Counted from the stretch's first letter, positions 6,388 to 15,075 are shown. The stretch is 42,764 nucleotides of DNA from Cytophagales bacterium (GCA_038248005.1 JBBRUH010000001.1:1-42764), one strand, 5' to 3'. Numbers and translations are program-made. Notes: a model not told the origin generated them from the letters alone.

Positions 6388-9198
6388 ATGTTAAAAGAAT
6401 CTAAATATATATTGAGTGATTATTTGAAAATCATTAGAAAAATTTCTTTTGGGTTAGTTCTTATCTTTTTTTATATCTCGCACCTTTCCGCTCAAGAGTC
6501 AATACAGACCCTAGAAATGGAGTTGAAAAAAGCAACAAATGCTTCTAAGAAGTTAGAGATTTTGCCACGCCTTGCAGAATCTTATTTTTTACAAGGGAAA
6601 TATGAAGTAGCCAATCAAAATGCTCAAGAAGGAGTAAAACTTGCCCGTTTGGAGCAGGATAACCTTGCTGAGATATTATCTATTTATTGGCTTGCAAAAG
6701 TTTCTCAACAAAAGAAACAATATACTATGGCACTTAATCAATATTTAGAAGCACTTACTCTTGCTGAAAAAATAAATGATAACGAAATAACTAGAGATAT
6801 TCACCAAAATATAGGCGATTTATATTCCGCACAAAATGCTTATGCAAAAGCAATTGCCAATTACAAACGTGCCTTAGAAATCGATAAAAATACTCAATCG
6901 AGACAACATACAATGTTGTTAGAAAATCTAGCCTATGTCCACGCCCAAAATAAAGAATATGAACCAGCTATACAAAACTATCATAAAGCACTAGATATAC
7001 AACTCCAAAATAAAAACCTAGAAGCACAAAACCGTGTCTTAGAAAAACTATCTAAAATTAGCCTAGAAGATAACAAACTCAAAGAAGCCCTTGGCTATAA
7101 TGAACGAATCATAGAACTTAATAAGATGCTTAGTGATGGAGTTAGTTTGGCTAGTTCATTTAATAACCTTGGCTATATATACAGAGAGCTAGGAGATAAA
7201 AAAAATGCGATTAAGTATATGAAACAAGCTTTAGAGCTTAATGGCAAGTTTGATGTAGAAAATAGAAATAAAGAACTTCGCCAAAAAGATGCACTCTATG
7301 CCATCAACTTAGGTGTAACCTATAGTAATTTACAAGAATATAAAAATGCTCAAAAAAAGTTTTTAGAGGCTCAAAGCATTTATGAAGCACAAGGTAATGA
7401 AAGAGGACTCGCCAAAGTATATAATTTTTTGGCTGCCAATGATTACTTGAGCGGTAAAAGTGAAACAGCTACTAGGCAAATATTTCAAGCAATTGCCATA
7501 GGAGAGAAACTAAAAGATGATGAGGTTTTGAAAACATCCTATTGGCTTCTTTCAGAAATCAACCGAAAAACAAATAATTATCAGGCTTCTAGGCAGTATT
7601 ATGAGCGTTTTCAAGAAAGTAATCAAAGACTTAAAGAAAGAGAGAGACAGCAAGAACAGTCTTTACTCCAAAATCAAATTAATATAGAAAAAACAGAAGG
7701 AGAAATCAAAATACTACTTGCCGAAAAAGAAAGACAAGCTTTAGCCCTCAAACAATCTGAACTTGAGCGCCAAAAACAAGATCAAGACCTTAAACTCAAA
7801 GAAAATGAACTTGCTCTTCTCAAAAGAAATCAAGAACTACAAGTAGCTGCAATCAAAAATCAACAATTGGAGAAAAACCGTGTAGAGCAACTACTGCAAA
7901 TCTCAAGAGAACAGGCACAAAGTGAAAAGCAAAAAAGAAATATCCAACAGCTAGAAGCAAATAGGCGAATTCAAGATTTGGCTTTAAAGCAAAAGACTGC
8001 CCAAGAAAAAGAAAAACAAAAGGCAATAGAACTACTCAACAAAAATCAAGAACTGAAAGATTTACAAATCAAAGAAGCGGATAATGTACAAAAAAACCGA
8101 TTGATAGCTGGGCTACTTGTATTCATATTTCTGGCTGTCATCATTATATTGATAGGCTTTACGGCTATGCAAAACCGTAGAAAAAATAAAAAACTTGCAC
8201 AACAAACCCAAGAACTAGAGATATTTAATAAACGACTTCAGTCTAATGAGAATATCCTCCAAAAAGCCAATACACGCCTGAAAAATAGTGAACATCAAAT
8301 TAAGGAAAAAAACGAAGAACTCCAAGCCAGTGAAGAAGAACTACGCCAGAATATGGAAGAGCTTGGGGCAAATAAGGAAGAAATAGAAAGCCAAAAAGAA
8401 GCCTTGCAATTCGCCTATCAAAAGATAGAAGAACGCAATGATGCTTTTATGCAATCGGTTAAGTATGCCAAAAAAATACAGCAAGCTATTCTTCCTAACC
8501 AACTTCAACTCAAAAAAGCCTTTGCAGAAAACTTTATTCTTTATCTGCCCAAAGATGTGGTTTCGGGTGATTTCTTTTGGTTTACAAAGTTAGGCAAAAA
8601 AGTATTTGTGGCTTGTGTAGATTGTACAGGGCATGGCGTTCCTGGTGCATTTATGTCACTTATTGGTAGTTCATTACTCAACCAAATCGTCAATGAACAA
8701 AAAATAACAGCGCCTAACCATATCTTAGAAAATCTACATACTAGCGTAGTCAAAGCTCTAAAACAAAGAGAAACAACCAATATAGATGGAATGGATTTGA
8801 GCATCTGTGTATTCGAGACTTGGGAAAATGGTGATATTACCTTAGAGTTTAGTGGTGCTAAAAGTTCGGTCTATTATTATAGAAATAATGAACTGCACGA
8901 ACTTAAAGGAGACCGTAAAGCTATAGGAGGCTCACAAAATCATCATATACTAAACTTTTCTTGTCAAAAAGTTACCTTGCACAGAGGTGATTGTGTCTAT
9001 ATGACTACCGATGGCTTCGAAGATGCTCCTAACCCTAAACGTAAAAAATTTGGCACAAAACGCATTAAAGAACTTTTACAAAAAAACTCAAGCAAACCTC
9101 TAGAAACACAAAAAGAAGTATTATCTAAAGCCCTAGAAGACCATCATTCAGGCACATTACAAAGAGATGACATTACTTTTATTGGTCTAAGGATGTAA
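6388..9198 (+). CDS. Transmembrane TPR / coiled-coil / PP2C (SpoIIE-type) serine phosphatase
   Basis: N-terminal signal sequence (..FYISHLSAQE), a TPR array and a Q/E/K coiled coil. One TM helix (LIAGLLVFIFLAVIIILIGFTAM, nt 8101-8169) is followed by RRKNKK. The C-terminal PP2C has SGDFFWF, DCTGHGVPGAFMS, DGMD, TDGF and RDDIT. The computed ORF starts at TTG 6370 and overlaps the receptor stop; the first ATG is 6388. Confidence 0.85.
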   Translation: MLKESKYILSDYLKIIRKISFGLVLIFFYISHLSAQESIQTLEMELKKATNASKKLEILPRLAESYFLQGKYEVANQNAQEGVKLARLEQDNLAEILSIYWLAKVSQQKKQYTMALNQYLEALTLAEKINDNEITRDIHQNIGDLYSAQNAYAKAIANYKRALEIDKNTQSRQHTMLLENLAYVHAQNKEYEPAIQNYHKALDIQLQNKNLEAQNRVLEKLSKISLEDNKLKEALGYNERIIELNKMLSDGVSLASSFNNLGYIYRELGDKKNAIKYMKQALELNGKFDVENRNKELRQKDALYAINLGVTYSNLQEYKNAQKKFLEAQSIYEAQGNERGLAKVYNFLAANDYLSGKSETATRQIFQAIAIGEKLKDDEVLKTSYWLLSEINRKTNNYQASRQYYERFQESNQRLKERERQQEQSLLQNQINIEKTEGEIKILLAEKERQALALKQSELERQKQDQDLKLKENELALLKRNQELQVAAIKNQQLEKNRVEQLLQISREQAQSEKQKRNIQQLEANRRIQDLALKQKTAQEKEKQKAIELLNKNQELKDLQIKEADNVQKNRLIAGLLVFIFLAVIIILIGFTAMQNRRKNKKLAQQTQELEIFNKRLQSNENILQKANTRLKNSEHQIKEKNEELQASEEELRQNMEELGANKEEIESQKEALQFAYQKIEERNDAFMQSVKYAKKIQQAILPNQLQLKKAFAENFILYLPKDVVSGDFFWFTKLGKKVFVACVDCTGHGVPGAFMSLIGSSLLNQIVNEQKITAPNHILENLHTSVVKALKQRETTNIDGMDLSICVFETWENGDITLEFSGAKSSVYYYRNNELHELKGDRKAIGGSQNHHILNFSCQKVTLHRGDCVYMTTDGFEDAPNPKRKKFGTKRIKELLQKNSSKPLETQKEVLSKALEDHHSGTLQRDDITFIGLRM

Positions 9199-9254
9199 TT
9201 AAATAATTTTTCTGAGGAAAAACGTTATATTTGTGTTTCACCAAATTAAAAATT

Positions 9255-9617
9255 ATGCAAAATATATTTTTCCGTGTCCTAATTTTTGTGGTTGCGGTTT
9301 TTATAACAGATTGGCTGCTAGTCGGGGTTGCCTTTGAAACCGTTCCTGATGCCATTATTGTAGGCTTACTTTTTGCCTTTGTCAATACTTTTATCAAGCC
9401 TATTCTTAAGATATTTACTTTTCCCCTTACTCTGATGACTTTGGGCTTCTTTCCTATTATTCTGAACATAGCCATTGTATTGATTATCGCTCAGATGATT
9501 CCAGGGTTTAGGATTATAGGAGATTTCTTCTTTACTGGTGTTTGGGCATTGGCATTTAGTGTATTGCTCACCATAGTCAATACAATATTGGATACTTTCT
9601 TTAAAATTGCTAAATAA
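9255..9617 (+). CDS. DUF360 / holin-superfamily-IV-like small membrane protein (YvlD-like)
   Basis: About 120 aa with 4 TM segments and FVNTFIKPILKIFTFPLTLMTLGFFPIILN, typical of the family. Met 9255 gives the family-like N-terminus; the ORF opens at 9231. Confidence 0.7.
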   Translation: MQNIFFRVLIFVVAVFITDWLLVGVAFETVPDAIIVGLLFAFVNTFIKPILKIFTFPLTLMTLGFFPIILNIAIVLIIAQMIPGFRIIGDFFFTGVWALAFSVLLTIVNTILDTFFKIAK

Positions 9618-9622
9618 TAGCT

Positions 9623-9682
9623 GTTAAGTAATAAGTTATAAATAATGAGTACTAATTTTTATTAGTAAGATTCTGATAATCA
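9623..9682 (+). repeat. Stop-codon-proximal modular repeat (module 1 + module 2), plus orientation
   Basis: It starts 5 nt after the TAA at 9615-9617. Module 1 is gttaagtaataagttataaataatgagtac. Module 2 is ttagtaagattctgataatca (9662-9682). Related copies are at 15076-15112, 39478-39522, 41471-41511 and, inverted, at 9838-9893. Confidence 0.6.
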
Positions 9683-9755
9683 ATCACTTACAACAAGGTT
9701 AATAACAAACTGATTTTGATGAATCACTCAAAGAATCAGAATATCAGCCTATCAA

Positions 9756-9779
9756 GTGGCTCGTGAAGACACGAGCCAC
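9756..9779. repeat. GAAGAC-apex hairpin (10-bp perfect stem, AAGA loop)
   Basis: gtggctcgtg aaga cacgagccac. It sits near the midpoint of the convergent intergenic region 9618-9898. Confidence 0.7.
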
Positions 9780-9837
9780 AGAAAAGAACTTAGTAACACT
9801 TTAAAAATAAAGTAGTCGTTAAATTTGAGTAAAATTC

Positions 9838-9893
9838 TCACTATCAGACTCTTACAGTCTAATAACCAATAACTCATAACTCATCTCTTACTG
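9838..9893 (-). repeat. Stop-codon-proximal modular repeat (module 1 + module 2), minus orientation
   Basis: The reverse complement reads cagtaagagatgagttatgagttattgg ... ttagactgtaagagtctgatagtga. It begins 5 nt after the stop (9899-9901) of the minus-strand gene and mirrors 9623-9682. Confidence 0.55.
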
Positions 9894-9898
9894 AGTAT

Positions 9899-10420
9899 TT
9901 ACTTACTTTTCTTTTTATACCAAGATTGATATTTTTTATCTCCCACCATTTCAGGGTTAGGAAAAGTATCAAGGCCCGAGCAATTAGGAGCTTCATACTC
10001 ATCATTTCTCACCAAATAACCCAATTGAGGGGCTCTTTGATTGGTAAAATAAAATTGATAATTGAGCAAGGCATATTCCATAGAATTAACCTCATAAGTA
10101 GCCTTTCCCATATATTTCCCTTCATTGACAGCAAAAGAAGAAAGCATCTGTGTCTCCATCTTGACTGAAAAACGAGCATCATCATATTCACAAGATACGA
10201 TACTTAGTTTTTTGATAAAAAGTAAATTGGCTGTTACATCGCCATTCTCACTAGCATCATCACAGCAATCACAATAATCTACAATGTAACGTTCTTTTTT
10301 AAGTTTTTTGACTAAGGTTTCTGCCTCTTCCTTAGACATGCAATCCTCAGGGTCAGCCCAAGACTGAGATACACCAAACACCATAATAAAAACTAAACAA
10401 GAGAGTAATTTTTTCATCAT
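9899..10420 (-). CDS. Secreted Cys-rich hypothetical protein
   Basis: 173 aa with signal peptide MMKKLLSCLVFIMVFGVSQSWA and a CDCCDD cluster. I recognise no family. Confidence 0.55.
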   Translation of the reverse strand: MMKKLLSCLVFIMVFGVSQSWADPEDCMSKEEAETLVKKLKKERYIVDYCDCCDDASENGDVTANLLFIKKLSIVSCEYDDARFSVKMETQMLSSFAVNEGKYMGKATYEVNSMEYALLNYQFYFTNQRAPQLGYLVRNDEYEAPNCSGLDTFPNPEMVGDKKYQSWYKKKSK

Positions 10421-10693
10421 TTAAAAGATTAATTGAAATAATAGTTTTTAAAATCCACTTGTAAAAATACGATAGCTTTCAGAAAAAATAAATTAAATGT
10501 GTGAAAGGCAACATTTAATTGATGAATGGAAACAAGTATTTTATCAATCAGTCAAAATATAATTTATTACTCACCAAACCTTACATCACAGTTACCAAAT
10601 TTCTAAAAGTCATGTGAATTTAAAGGATTTACCCTATTTTATTACGATTTTTGCTATGTATCAAATATCAAAAATATAACTACTTTATCATTA

Positions 10694-12760
10694 ATGTTAT
10701 CAAAGTATAGTTCTATTATCATTTTTTGCTTTTTAGGATTTATACATTCCTACAATGTGTTAGCACAAGAAAGTAAAGAAATCAAAAATCTAAAAGAAAG
10801 CCTTATTAAAGCTGACCCTGAAGATAAAGTAGCTATCCTCAATAAGATAGGCTGGGAATATAGAAATACTGACCTCAAATTATCCCTACAGTATTTTAAT
10901 GAATCCAGGGATATGGCAAGAACCAGAAAAGATGAAGTGGGTCTTGCTGAAGCTCTTAATATGACTGGTGTGATTCATCGTAAACTAGGAAACTACAACA
11001 AAGCAATAGATTTCTTCTTTGAAAGTCTAAAAATATCCGAAAAACTAAAAGATAGTATTCAAATAGCATACGCTTTCAATAACATGGGGGAAGTCTATAC
11101 TTATCAACTAGACTATAATAACTCTGAGCTGTATATCAAGAAGGCACTGGCTATTTTTCAAGGCTTAGATGATAAGAAAGGAATTGCTTACTGTTACTTG
11201 AGATTTGGAGAGAATCTAGAACTACAAAAGCAGTATAGACAAGCACTTCGTTATTTTTTATCCTGTGCAGAGATTAGAGAAACCCTAAATGACAAGCGAG
11301 GACTTGCAGTAATTTATGGAAATATTGGTAATCTCTATTTTCAGATGTCAGACCTTGATAAAGCACTACTCTATGCTCAAAAATCAGTAAAACTATACCT
11401 AGAAAATGATAAAAGTGGCATGGCTCAAAGCCAAAATAACTTAGCTAAAATTTATTTTCAATTAGGAGACATCACTCTTGCAGAACAATATGCACAAAAA
11501 GGATTAGACTTAGGATTAGAATTTAATTCTAAAAAAATAGCTTTAGAATCAAGTTTACTGCTTACTAAAATTTTTGCAAAACAAGGTAAAATACAGCAAG
11601 CCTATGATTTACAATCACAAGCTCTTTTATACAAAGATTCACTATTTGAAGAGGAAGCTAACAAAACCATCAGTAATCTGCGTGAAAGCTATCAGTCAGA
11701 CAAACAGGATCTTGAGATTAAAAATCTGAATTATTTACGAAAAATCAAAGAAGAAGATGCTCAATTAAAAAACACCCTACTCTATGTATCACTAGCTGCT
11801 TTGCTACTCATAAGTGTTTTTTTGATTCTCCTATACCGAAATCTCAGACATAATAAAGTCATTACTAGACAGCTAGAAGAACAAAAAGAAGAGGTATCAG
11901 GCACTGCTGAAAACCTCAAAAAAGCCAACTCTGAAATTTCTATCCAACATGAAATTATCGAACGCAAGAATAAAGACCTTACTTCTAGTATCAATTATGC
12001 CCGACGCATCCAAGAAGCCATGCTTCCTTCTGCTAAAATGCTAGAAAATGCTTTGCCAGAGCATTTTGTATTGTTTCGCCCTAAGGACATTGTATCGGGT
12101 GATTTTTATTGGGTTGTTCAAAAAAAGTATAAGACCATTGTAGCAATAGGCGACTGCACAGGACACGGAATTCCTGGTGCATTTATGAGCTTGATAGGCA
12201 ACGATTTGCTCAATGAAATAATACTTGGGCGTAATATCACTGAGCCAGATAAAATTTTAACTGAACTTCGTCGCCTAGTCAGAACTGTTCTTAGACAAGA
12301 AGAAACGGGAAATCATGATGGAATGGACATTACAATTTGTGCCTTTGATACTTTTCCAGAAGGTTATGAGGAGTTACTAGGCACACCCAAGCTAGAGTTT
12401 GCAGGTGCAGAGAATCCTTTATATTATTTTGTGAATGGTAAGCTCCACGAAATCAAAGGAAGCAAGGCAATGATAGGAGGATTTAATATCTTAGAGCGAG
12501 AGCATGAGTTTACCAAACATACTATTTTGCTCGAGAAAAGAATGCTTCCCTTTACTTTTTATATGTTTTCGGATGGTTACCAAGACCAATTTGGTAAGAA
12601 AGGTAAGTTTATGAAAAGACGCTTCCGTGATATTCTCTCAGAAGTACATGAAGAAGAGATGCCTCTACAAAAACAACTGCTTGAAGAGACTATAGACGAA
12701 TGGAAAGAAAATCATAATCAGATGGATGATATTCTTGTACTTGGTGTCAGAATCAAATAG
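10694..12760 (+). CDS. Transmembrane TPR / PP2C (SpoIIE-type) serine phosphatase, paralog of 6388-9198
   Basis: Signal sequence (..HSYNVLAQE), a TPR array and one TM helix (LLYVSLAALLLISVFLILLY). The PP2C has SGDFYWV, DCTGHGIPGAFMS, DGMD and SDGY. By eye the catalytic domain is roughly 60 percent identical to the first copy. Confidence 0.85.
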   Translation: MLSKYSSIIIFCFLGFIHSYNVLAQESKEIKNLKESLIKADPEDKVAILNKIGWEYRNTDLKLSLQYFNESRDMARTRKDEVGLAEALNMTGVIHRKLGNYNKAIDFFFESLKISEKLKDSIQIAYAFNNMGEVYTYQLDYNNSELYIKKALAIFQGLDDKKGIAYCYLRFGENLELQKQYRQALRYFLSCAEIRETLNDKRGLAVIYGNIGNLYFQMSDLDKALLYAQKSVKLYLENDKSGMAQSQNNLAKIYFQLGDITLAEQYAQKGLDLGLEFNSKKIALESSLLLTKIFAKQGKIQQAYDLQSQALLYKDSLFEEEANKTISNLRESYQSDKQDLEIKNLNYLRKIKEEDAQLKNTLLYVSLAALLLISVFLILLYRNLRHNKVITRQLEEQKEEVSGTAENLKKANSEISIQHEIIERKNKDLTSSINYARRIQEAMLPSAKMLENALPEHFVLFRPKDIVSGDFYWVVQKKYKTIVAIGDCTGHGIPGAFMSLIGNDLLNEIILGRNITEPDKILTELRRLVRTVLRQEETGNHDGMDITICAFDTFPEGYEELLGTPKLEFAGAENPLYYFVNGKLHEIKGSKAMIGGFNILEREHEFTKHTILLEKRMLPFTFYMFSDGYQDQFGKKGKFMKRRFRDILSEVHEEEMPLQKQLLEETIDEWKENHNQMDDILVLGVRIK

Positions 12761-12811
12761 TAGTGTCATATCTCAGTGCCAAATAGCAGTATCAGTATCA
12801 AATAACAGTAG

Positions 12812-13315
12812 TATTACATTTTGGTAATTTTGTCAGAAAATATACCAACTCGTAAGGTGTCCCTCCTGCCAAGATTTTGGTATCACACCAAAATCGGGTG
12901 CATCTCAAAATATCGTTTTTGCTTAAAATGTAGTTGAAAAACGCACTCTATTGAGAATAGTTGGTTACTATTTTTTCTAAGTACATGACAAAAAATAAGT
13001 TTAGCTTTTTTGGAACACAGATGACACAGATTTAGCGGATTCATACGGATTTTTATCTGTGGCTCATCCGTCAAATCCGTGTTCCAATAAAATGTCATGT
13101 ATTCAGCTATTTTTTATAAAGCAACAAAATGAGATGCACCCGAAAAAAGTGATATTAATATTTTAGTAGAATTTGAAAGACATGTGGGATGAGATTTTTT
13201 TGATTTAGAAGATTTATTGTACTAATATCTCTATCAAAAAAATGATTTAGTCTCTGTAAAAGTTCTCAAAGCACAATTAAAAGATTCCATTTTAAAAGAA
13301 GTAATCTTTGTATAA
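12812..13315 (+). pseudogene. Decayed MNT-type nucleotidyltransferase (antitoxin of HEPN-MNT pairs), interrupted
   Basis: A single frame reads ..IPTRKVSLLPRFWYHTKI (12812-12895), then the 246-nt element, then EKSDINILVEFERHVG*DFFDLEDLLY*YLYQKNDLVSVKVLKAQLKDSILKEVIFV* (13142-13315). This follows the MNT pattern LFGS..(x)..SDIDILVEFE...F.ELE..L...LG.KVDLV....LKP.I...ILKEA. It has two in-frame stops (13190, 13223), and the GS catalytic motif is lost. Confidence 0.6.
12896..13141. repeat. 246-nt nested inverted-repeat (MITE-like) element
   Basis: Outer IR: gggtgcatctca (12896-12907) / tgagatgcaccc (13130-13141). Middle IR: tacatgaca (12982-12990) / tgtcatgta (13093-13101). Inner IR: ggaacacagat (13012-13022) / atccgtgttcc (13075-13085, 1 mismatch). 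The inner part shares the tttagctttttt module with 305-346. Confidence 0.45.
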
Positions 13316-13326
13316 AACTTGAATGA

Positions 13327-13521
13327 ACGTTTTTAAAAGAACATGTCATAGAAGAGCATAAACCTGTTTTCTTAGCCATTGAAAATCAAATAAGGCAGTT
13401 TATATTAGATTTCTACAGGAAAAAAATCTTCAAAATTAATGGAAGATACGTCAAAGTATTTCTCGGAAAAAGAGATATATTTTATCATTCACCATTCAGT
13501 TGCTTAAAGTACGTTCACTAG
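13327..13521 (+). pseudogene. Possible HEPN (DUF86-like) toxin remnant downstream of the MNT remnant
   Basis: The 64-codon frame TFLKEHVIEEHKPVFLAIENQIRQFILDFYRKKIFKINGRYVKVFLGKRDIFYHSPFSCLKYVH contains an Rx4H motif (RDIFYH, 13471-13488), as in HEPN RNxxxH. It is too short for a full domain and has no start codon. Confidence 0.3.
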
Positions 13522-13853
13522 TTTAGATTTACAATCTACCATAGGAGAAAGGCAAGTATCTGTAGATTCGATTGTTGAGGTCTTCAATCACCAACAATGC
13601 TGACTAAAAACGCTTTTAATGGTCAAAGACATTGACAATCGACAAGAGGAAGTTATGAACGTACACGATTTTCGATAAATGCGATTGTTGGGGGTCTGCA
13701 ATCATCATCAACGCTAACAAAGTAATACTGTTACTGAAAATATGCCACTGAAATATGATACTGTCATTTGTTACTGTAAAATCATCACATATTTTTACGT
13801 AATTTGAGAGGAAATCTTTTACTTTGCGAAAAGGATTTTATTTCAATATCAAA

Positions 13854-15065
13854 ATGAGTACAGAACAAGCAACCCTCCATTTATCAGAACGAGTAAATCA
13901 GATGTCGATTTCTCAAACTATCGCCATGGCTCAAAAAGCACGTGAACTTACTGCACAAGGCAAACCTATCATCAAGCTAAGTCTTGGCGAGCCAGACTTT
14001 CAAACCCCAGAACACATCAAAGTGGCTGCCAAACAAGCCATAGATGATGGATATACTTTCTACACTGCCGTACCAGGAAACATTGAACTGCGTGAAGCCA
14101 TCGCTCAAAAACTCAAAAGAGACAATGACCTACACTGGGAGGCTAAGAATATCGTGGTTTCTACGGGTGCAAAGCAATCACTTGCCAATGTATTTATGGC
14201 CTTGCTAAATCCTGGTGATGAGGTAGTTATCTTAGCTCCTTATTGGGTATCTTACAGTGAGATTGTGAAGCTGGCAGAGGGTACTTCTGTTCTGGTGACA
14301 GGAGACATTGCAAAGGATTTTAAAGTAACTCCTGAACAGATAGAAGCAGCGATTACTCCACGCACCAAGGCTATTTTATATTCATCTCCTAGCAATCCTA
14401 CAGGCACTGTGTATAGCCGTGCTGAGTTAGAGGCAATTGCAGAGGTAGTAGCTCGCCACGAAAATGTATTTGTGGTAGCAGATGAGATTTATGAATACAT
14501 TACCTTTGAGGATGATTATTTTAGCATAGGATCAGTAGATGCTATCCGTGATAGAGTGATTACCATTAATGGTTTTTCAAAAGGCTTTGCGATGACAGGC
14601 TGGCGTGTAGGCTATATGGCTGCACCCGAGTGGATGGCACTGGCTTGTGATAAGATACAAGGACAGATTACCTCAGGCACTTGTTCTATAGCACAGAAGG
14701 CAGCTTATACCGCTATTAGTAGTGATTTAACGCCTACTTTTGAGATGAAAAAAGCCTATCAACGCCGCAGAGATTTAGTCTTAGGGCTTTGCAAAGAAAT
14801 AGAAGGAGTGAAGACTTATACTCCACAAGGTGCATTTTATCTTTTCCCTGATGTGAGCTATTATTATGGCAAAAGTGATGGTACACAGACCATTGAAAGT
14901 TCTGATGATATGTGCCTTTATTTATTGAGTGATGCACATGTTGCCCTAGTACCTGGCTCGGCTTTTGGAGCACCTGAGTGCATTCGTATCTCTTATGCAG
15001 CTTCTGATGAAGAACTAGTAGAAGCTATGAAGCGTATCAAAAATAGCCTTGCGAAATTAAAATAA
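13854..15065 (+). CDS. aspC: Aspartate aminotransferase (class I PLP-dependent)
   Basis: KLSLGEPDFQTPEHI, STGAKQSL, ADEIYE and NGFSKGFAMTGWRVGY (PLP lysine). The computed ORF starts at TTG 13824; ATG 13854 (MSTEQ..) is more plausible. Confidence 0.9.
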   Translation: MSTEQATLHLSERVNQMSISQTIAMAQKARELTAQGKPIIKLSLGEPDFQTPEHIKVAAKQAIDDGYTFYTAVPGNIELREAIAQKLKRDNDLHWEAKNIVVSTGAKQSLANVFMALLNPGDEVVILAPYWVSYSEIVKLAEGTSVLVTGDIAKDFKVTPEQIEAAITPRTKAILYSSPSNPTGTVYSRAELEAIAEVVARHENVFVVADEIYEYITFEDDYFSIGSVDAIRDRVITINGFSKGFAMTGWRVGYMAAPEWMALACDKIQGQITSGTCSIAQKAAYTAISSDLTPTFEMKKAYQRRRDLVLGLCKEIEGVKTYTPQGAFYLFPDVSYYYGKSDGTQTIESSDDMCLYLLSDAHVALVPGSAFGAPECIRISYAASDEELVEAMKRIKNSLAKLK

Positions 15066-15075
15066 TAATAATAAT

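Noticed and set aside
9255-9617. The holin-superfamily-like DUF360 gene as a sign of a prophage or lysis cassette.
   Set aside because: No endolysin, spanin, integrase or structural phage genes flank it. This family is widespread as a chromosomal membrane protein.
10491-10520. 10-bp perfect AT-only palindrome (aattaaatgt / acatttaatt, 10-nt loop) in the divergent promoter region upstream of the second PP2C gene, as a possible operator.
   Set aside because: By a rough estimate, one or a few such AT-rich 10-bp inverted repeats are expected by chance in an AT-rich window of this size, and there is no second copy or supporting context.
12883-13098. 71-aa minus-strand ORF (..WNTDLTDEPQIKIRMNPLNLCHLC..).
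   Set aside because: It lies entirely within the nested inverted-repeat element. The peptide is a translation of iterated ACAGAT/GGATT repeats, with no start context or coding-like composition.
13569-13718. Two ~37-nt related hairpin-containing repeats (cgattgttgaggtcttcaatcaccaacaatgctgac at 13569-13604; cgattgttgggggtctgcaatcatcatcaacgctaac at 13682-13718) that superficially look like CRISPR repeats with GTTG...CAAC ends.
   Set aside because: There are only two copies, they are about 75 percent identical, and they are spaced about 113 nt apart rather than one spacer length. No cas genes are in the window. The first copy contains the GTCTTC core, so they are more likely degenerate members of the hairpin repeat family.
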